A DNA stretch of 64,000 nt from Raillietiella orientalis (taxonomy: Eukaryota). Of this stretch, positions 62,570 through 64,000 are shown piece after piece (within the stretch, counting starts at the first letter, position 1; the number at the start of each line of letters is the position of its first letter). Under the pieces are notes generated by a model. That model was given only the letters and a program-made list of their open reading frames with translations, made no database searches and had not been told where the DNA came from. The position numbers were made by a program, and so were the translations under genes. The stretch is from contig JAYWIR010000042.1 in NCBI GenBank assembly GCA_036172245.1, positions 186,001 through 250,000 of the forward strand, read 5' to 3'.

Positions 62570-64000
62570 GACAAGCATCCGCACCCTCAGCGGAGGCTCA
62601 CGAGGCTCATTGGCACCGTCCACGCCACCCGAGTGTGCGTGTGACTCTTCGAGTAATAGGTAGTGATCCCGGAAGGGGACCACCGTGTGATTCCAGGAAG
62701 GGTCCGCAGAAAGGAGTCTGTTCTTCCCACGCCTGGGGAGGGAACCCCGAAGGGAACCCCTCACCCTGGCTATTTCCGATTTCCACCCTGACACGTCGGA
62801 GTGTCTCTTAAAATGTAAAAAGGAAACTCACAAATTGTGGTGGGACGCGTGGTTATACCACGCTCCGCTTGTCCACAGACCTGCCGGGTCGCCGGTGTGC
62901 AGACTGGCGGGCTTCCCTCGACGGCGGAGGATGGGAGAAAACAGACAGAAAGAGTAAACAAAAATAAATAAAAATCTTTGGGAGAATAGGGAAGGGATCC
63001 CTGTCCGCCGTAGGAAGTCTTCAGCATCCTTTCCAGGATGGGCCAGATAGGTCCATCCGAATAGCTCCCAGGTGAGACTCTCTGGCCGCCATCCGCAGAA
63101 AGCGAACTGAGAACCGGACGGCGTCCCTTCCGTCTCTCCCTCTGTCGGCTTCGCTCCAGGCCGCCTCCATCCCGCGGCAGAGCTATGCTGGGGTTGCGGC
63201 TGGCTGCAGGACGTCCCTCACGAAGAGGAGTCGTAAAACATCCCTGGAGTTGCTGCAGGGGGTTCCTAGAGTCACATCAAAGCATTCCCAAAGGGGTCGG
63301 AGGGTAATACCGTTCACAGGCAGGTGCGGCAGGGATTTCCGTTCTCCGCACCTGCTACAGTCCGAGTTCTTCCTCCCCAGAGTCCAGTGGTGTTGGCGGG
63401 AGCTGCAGGGGAGACCCCAGCGCAACAGCAGCAGAAGTGTCGACTCCCGTCACTTCAGGCGGAGGGAGCTGCTGTTCTTGAGCTCTAGAACCCACTTCAG
63501 GTCTCTGCTAGGAATGCCAGGCAGCTCGCCCCAGTTCTGAAGTCCTAGTGGGAGGACACTCGGGATCGCAGCGTCTGGGAGCCTCACCTTGGTTGTCCCC
63601 GGAGGAAACCACTTCCTCATTCTCTGCGAAGGGACTCCCCGGAGAGCAGCCTCCCCTGATTTCTCCTCCGGAGGGAGCCCGCAAGAAAGCCGCTCCTTGT
63701 TTCCTCCTCTTTGGAGGGCCCCGAAGGAATGCTTTCCAATTTCTGAGAAGGGTCGCTCTCAGAAGGGAGCAGAGAGATTCTTCACTCTGGAGAAGTATCG
63801 AACCGTTCCAATCGAAGGACACGATGAAAGGTCTCCCCCCAAGGGGGGGATGGGATGGGAACCGGCACTCCTCGATTCCTGGAAGGACCCCGGAGGATCA
63901 ACTTCCAATCCCGACCAGTCAACAGCGCGTGGTTACTGTCCGTTTCTAGGGCGTGGATTCTGAAGGAATTCTGACTCCCCGGAGAGCAGGGATCTCTGGC
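62570..64000 (+). mobile_element. Copy of the dispersed 5' module interrupted by an opposite-strand LINE 3' fragment
   Basis: 62570-62771 and 63582-63915 are collinear with 50200-50720. Confidence 0.7.
62772..63581 (-). mobile_element. 5'-truncated L1/Tx1-like 3' fragment (zf-RVT plus 3' UTR)
   Basis: RWGLPC...DCSRCGERKSLPHL.VN....PLW..F..TLGTP, homologous to 50810-51050. Confidence 0.75.

Overview
Eukaryotic, apparently animal, genomic DNA: it has GT-AG introns (many only 42-90 nt) and a Runx gene ending in VWRPY. The species cannot be identified from the sequence. Four spliced protein-coding genes can be reconstructed by hand. Two are 9-exon GH29 alpha-L-fucosidase-like paralogues (+, 9147-13404 and 22553-28646) with identical intron positions. 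They flank a CD36/SCARB scavenger receptor class B gene (+, ~19748-21686). The fourth is a Runx/Runt-domain gene (-, ~40375-38122). Most remaining sequence is heavily decayed non-LTR retrotransposon material (L1/Tx1-like and CRE-like), including a dispersed family whose 3' tail keeps a covarying stem-loop. The strongest lead is that both fucosidase-like genes have intact ORFs and signal peptides but have lost most fucose-binding or catalytic residues (copy 1 has Asp->Glu at the nucleophile) and share new cysteine pairs. This suggests a secreted pseudo-enzyme or neofunctionalised GH29 clade clustered with a scavenger receptor. Other leads are a 78-bp duplication bracketing the Runt domain, several long near-perfect hairpins and a CpG-depleted AT-rich domain. 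All motif comparisons were done by eye, without database searches.
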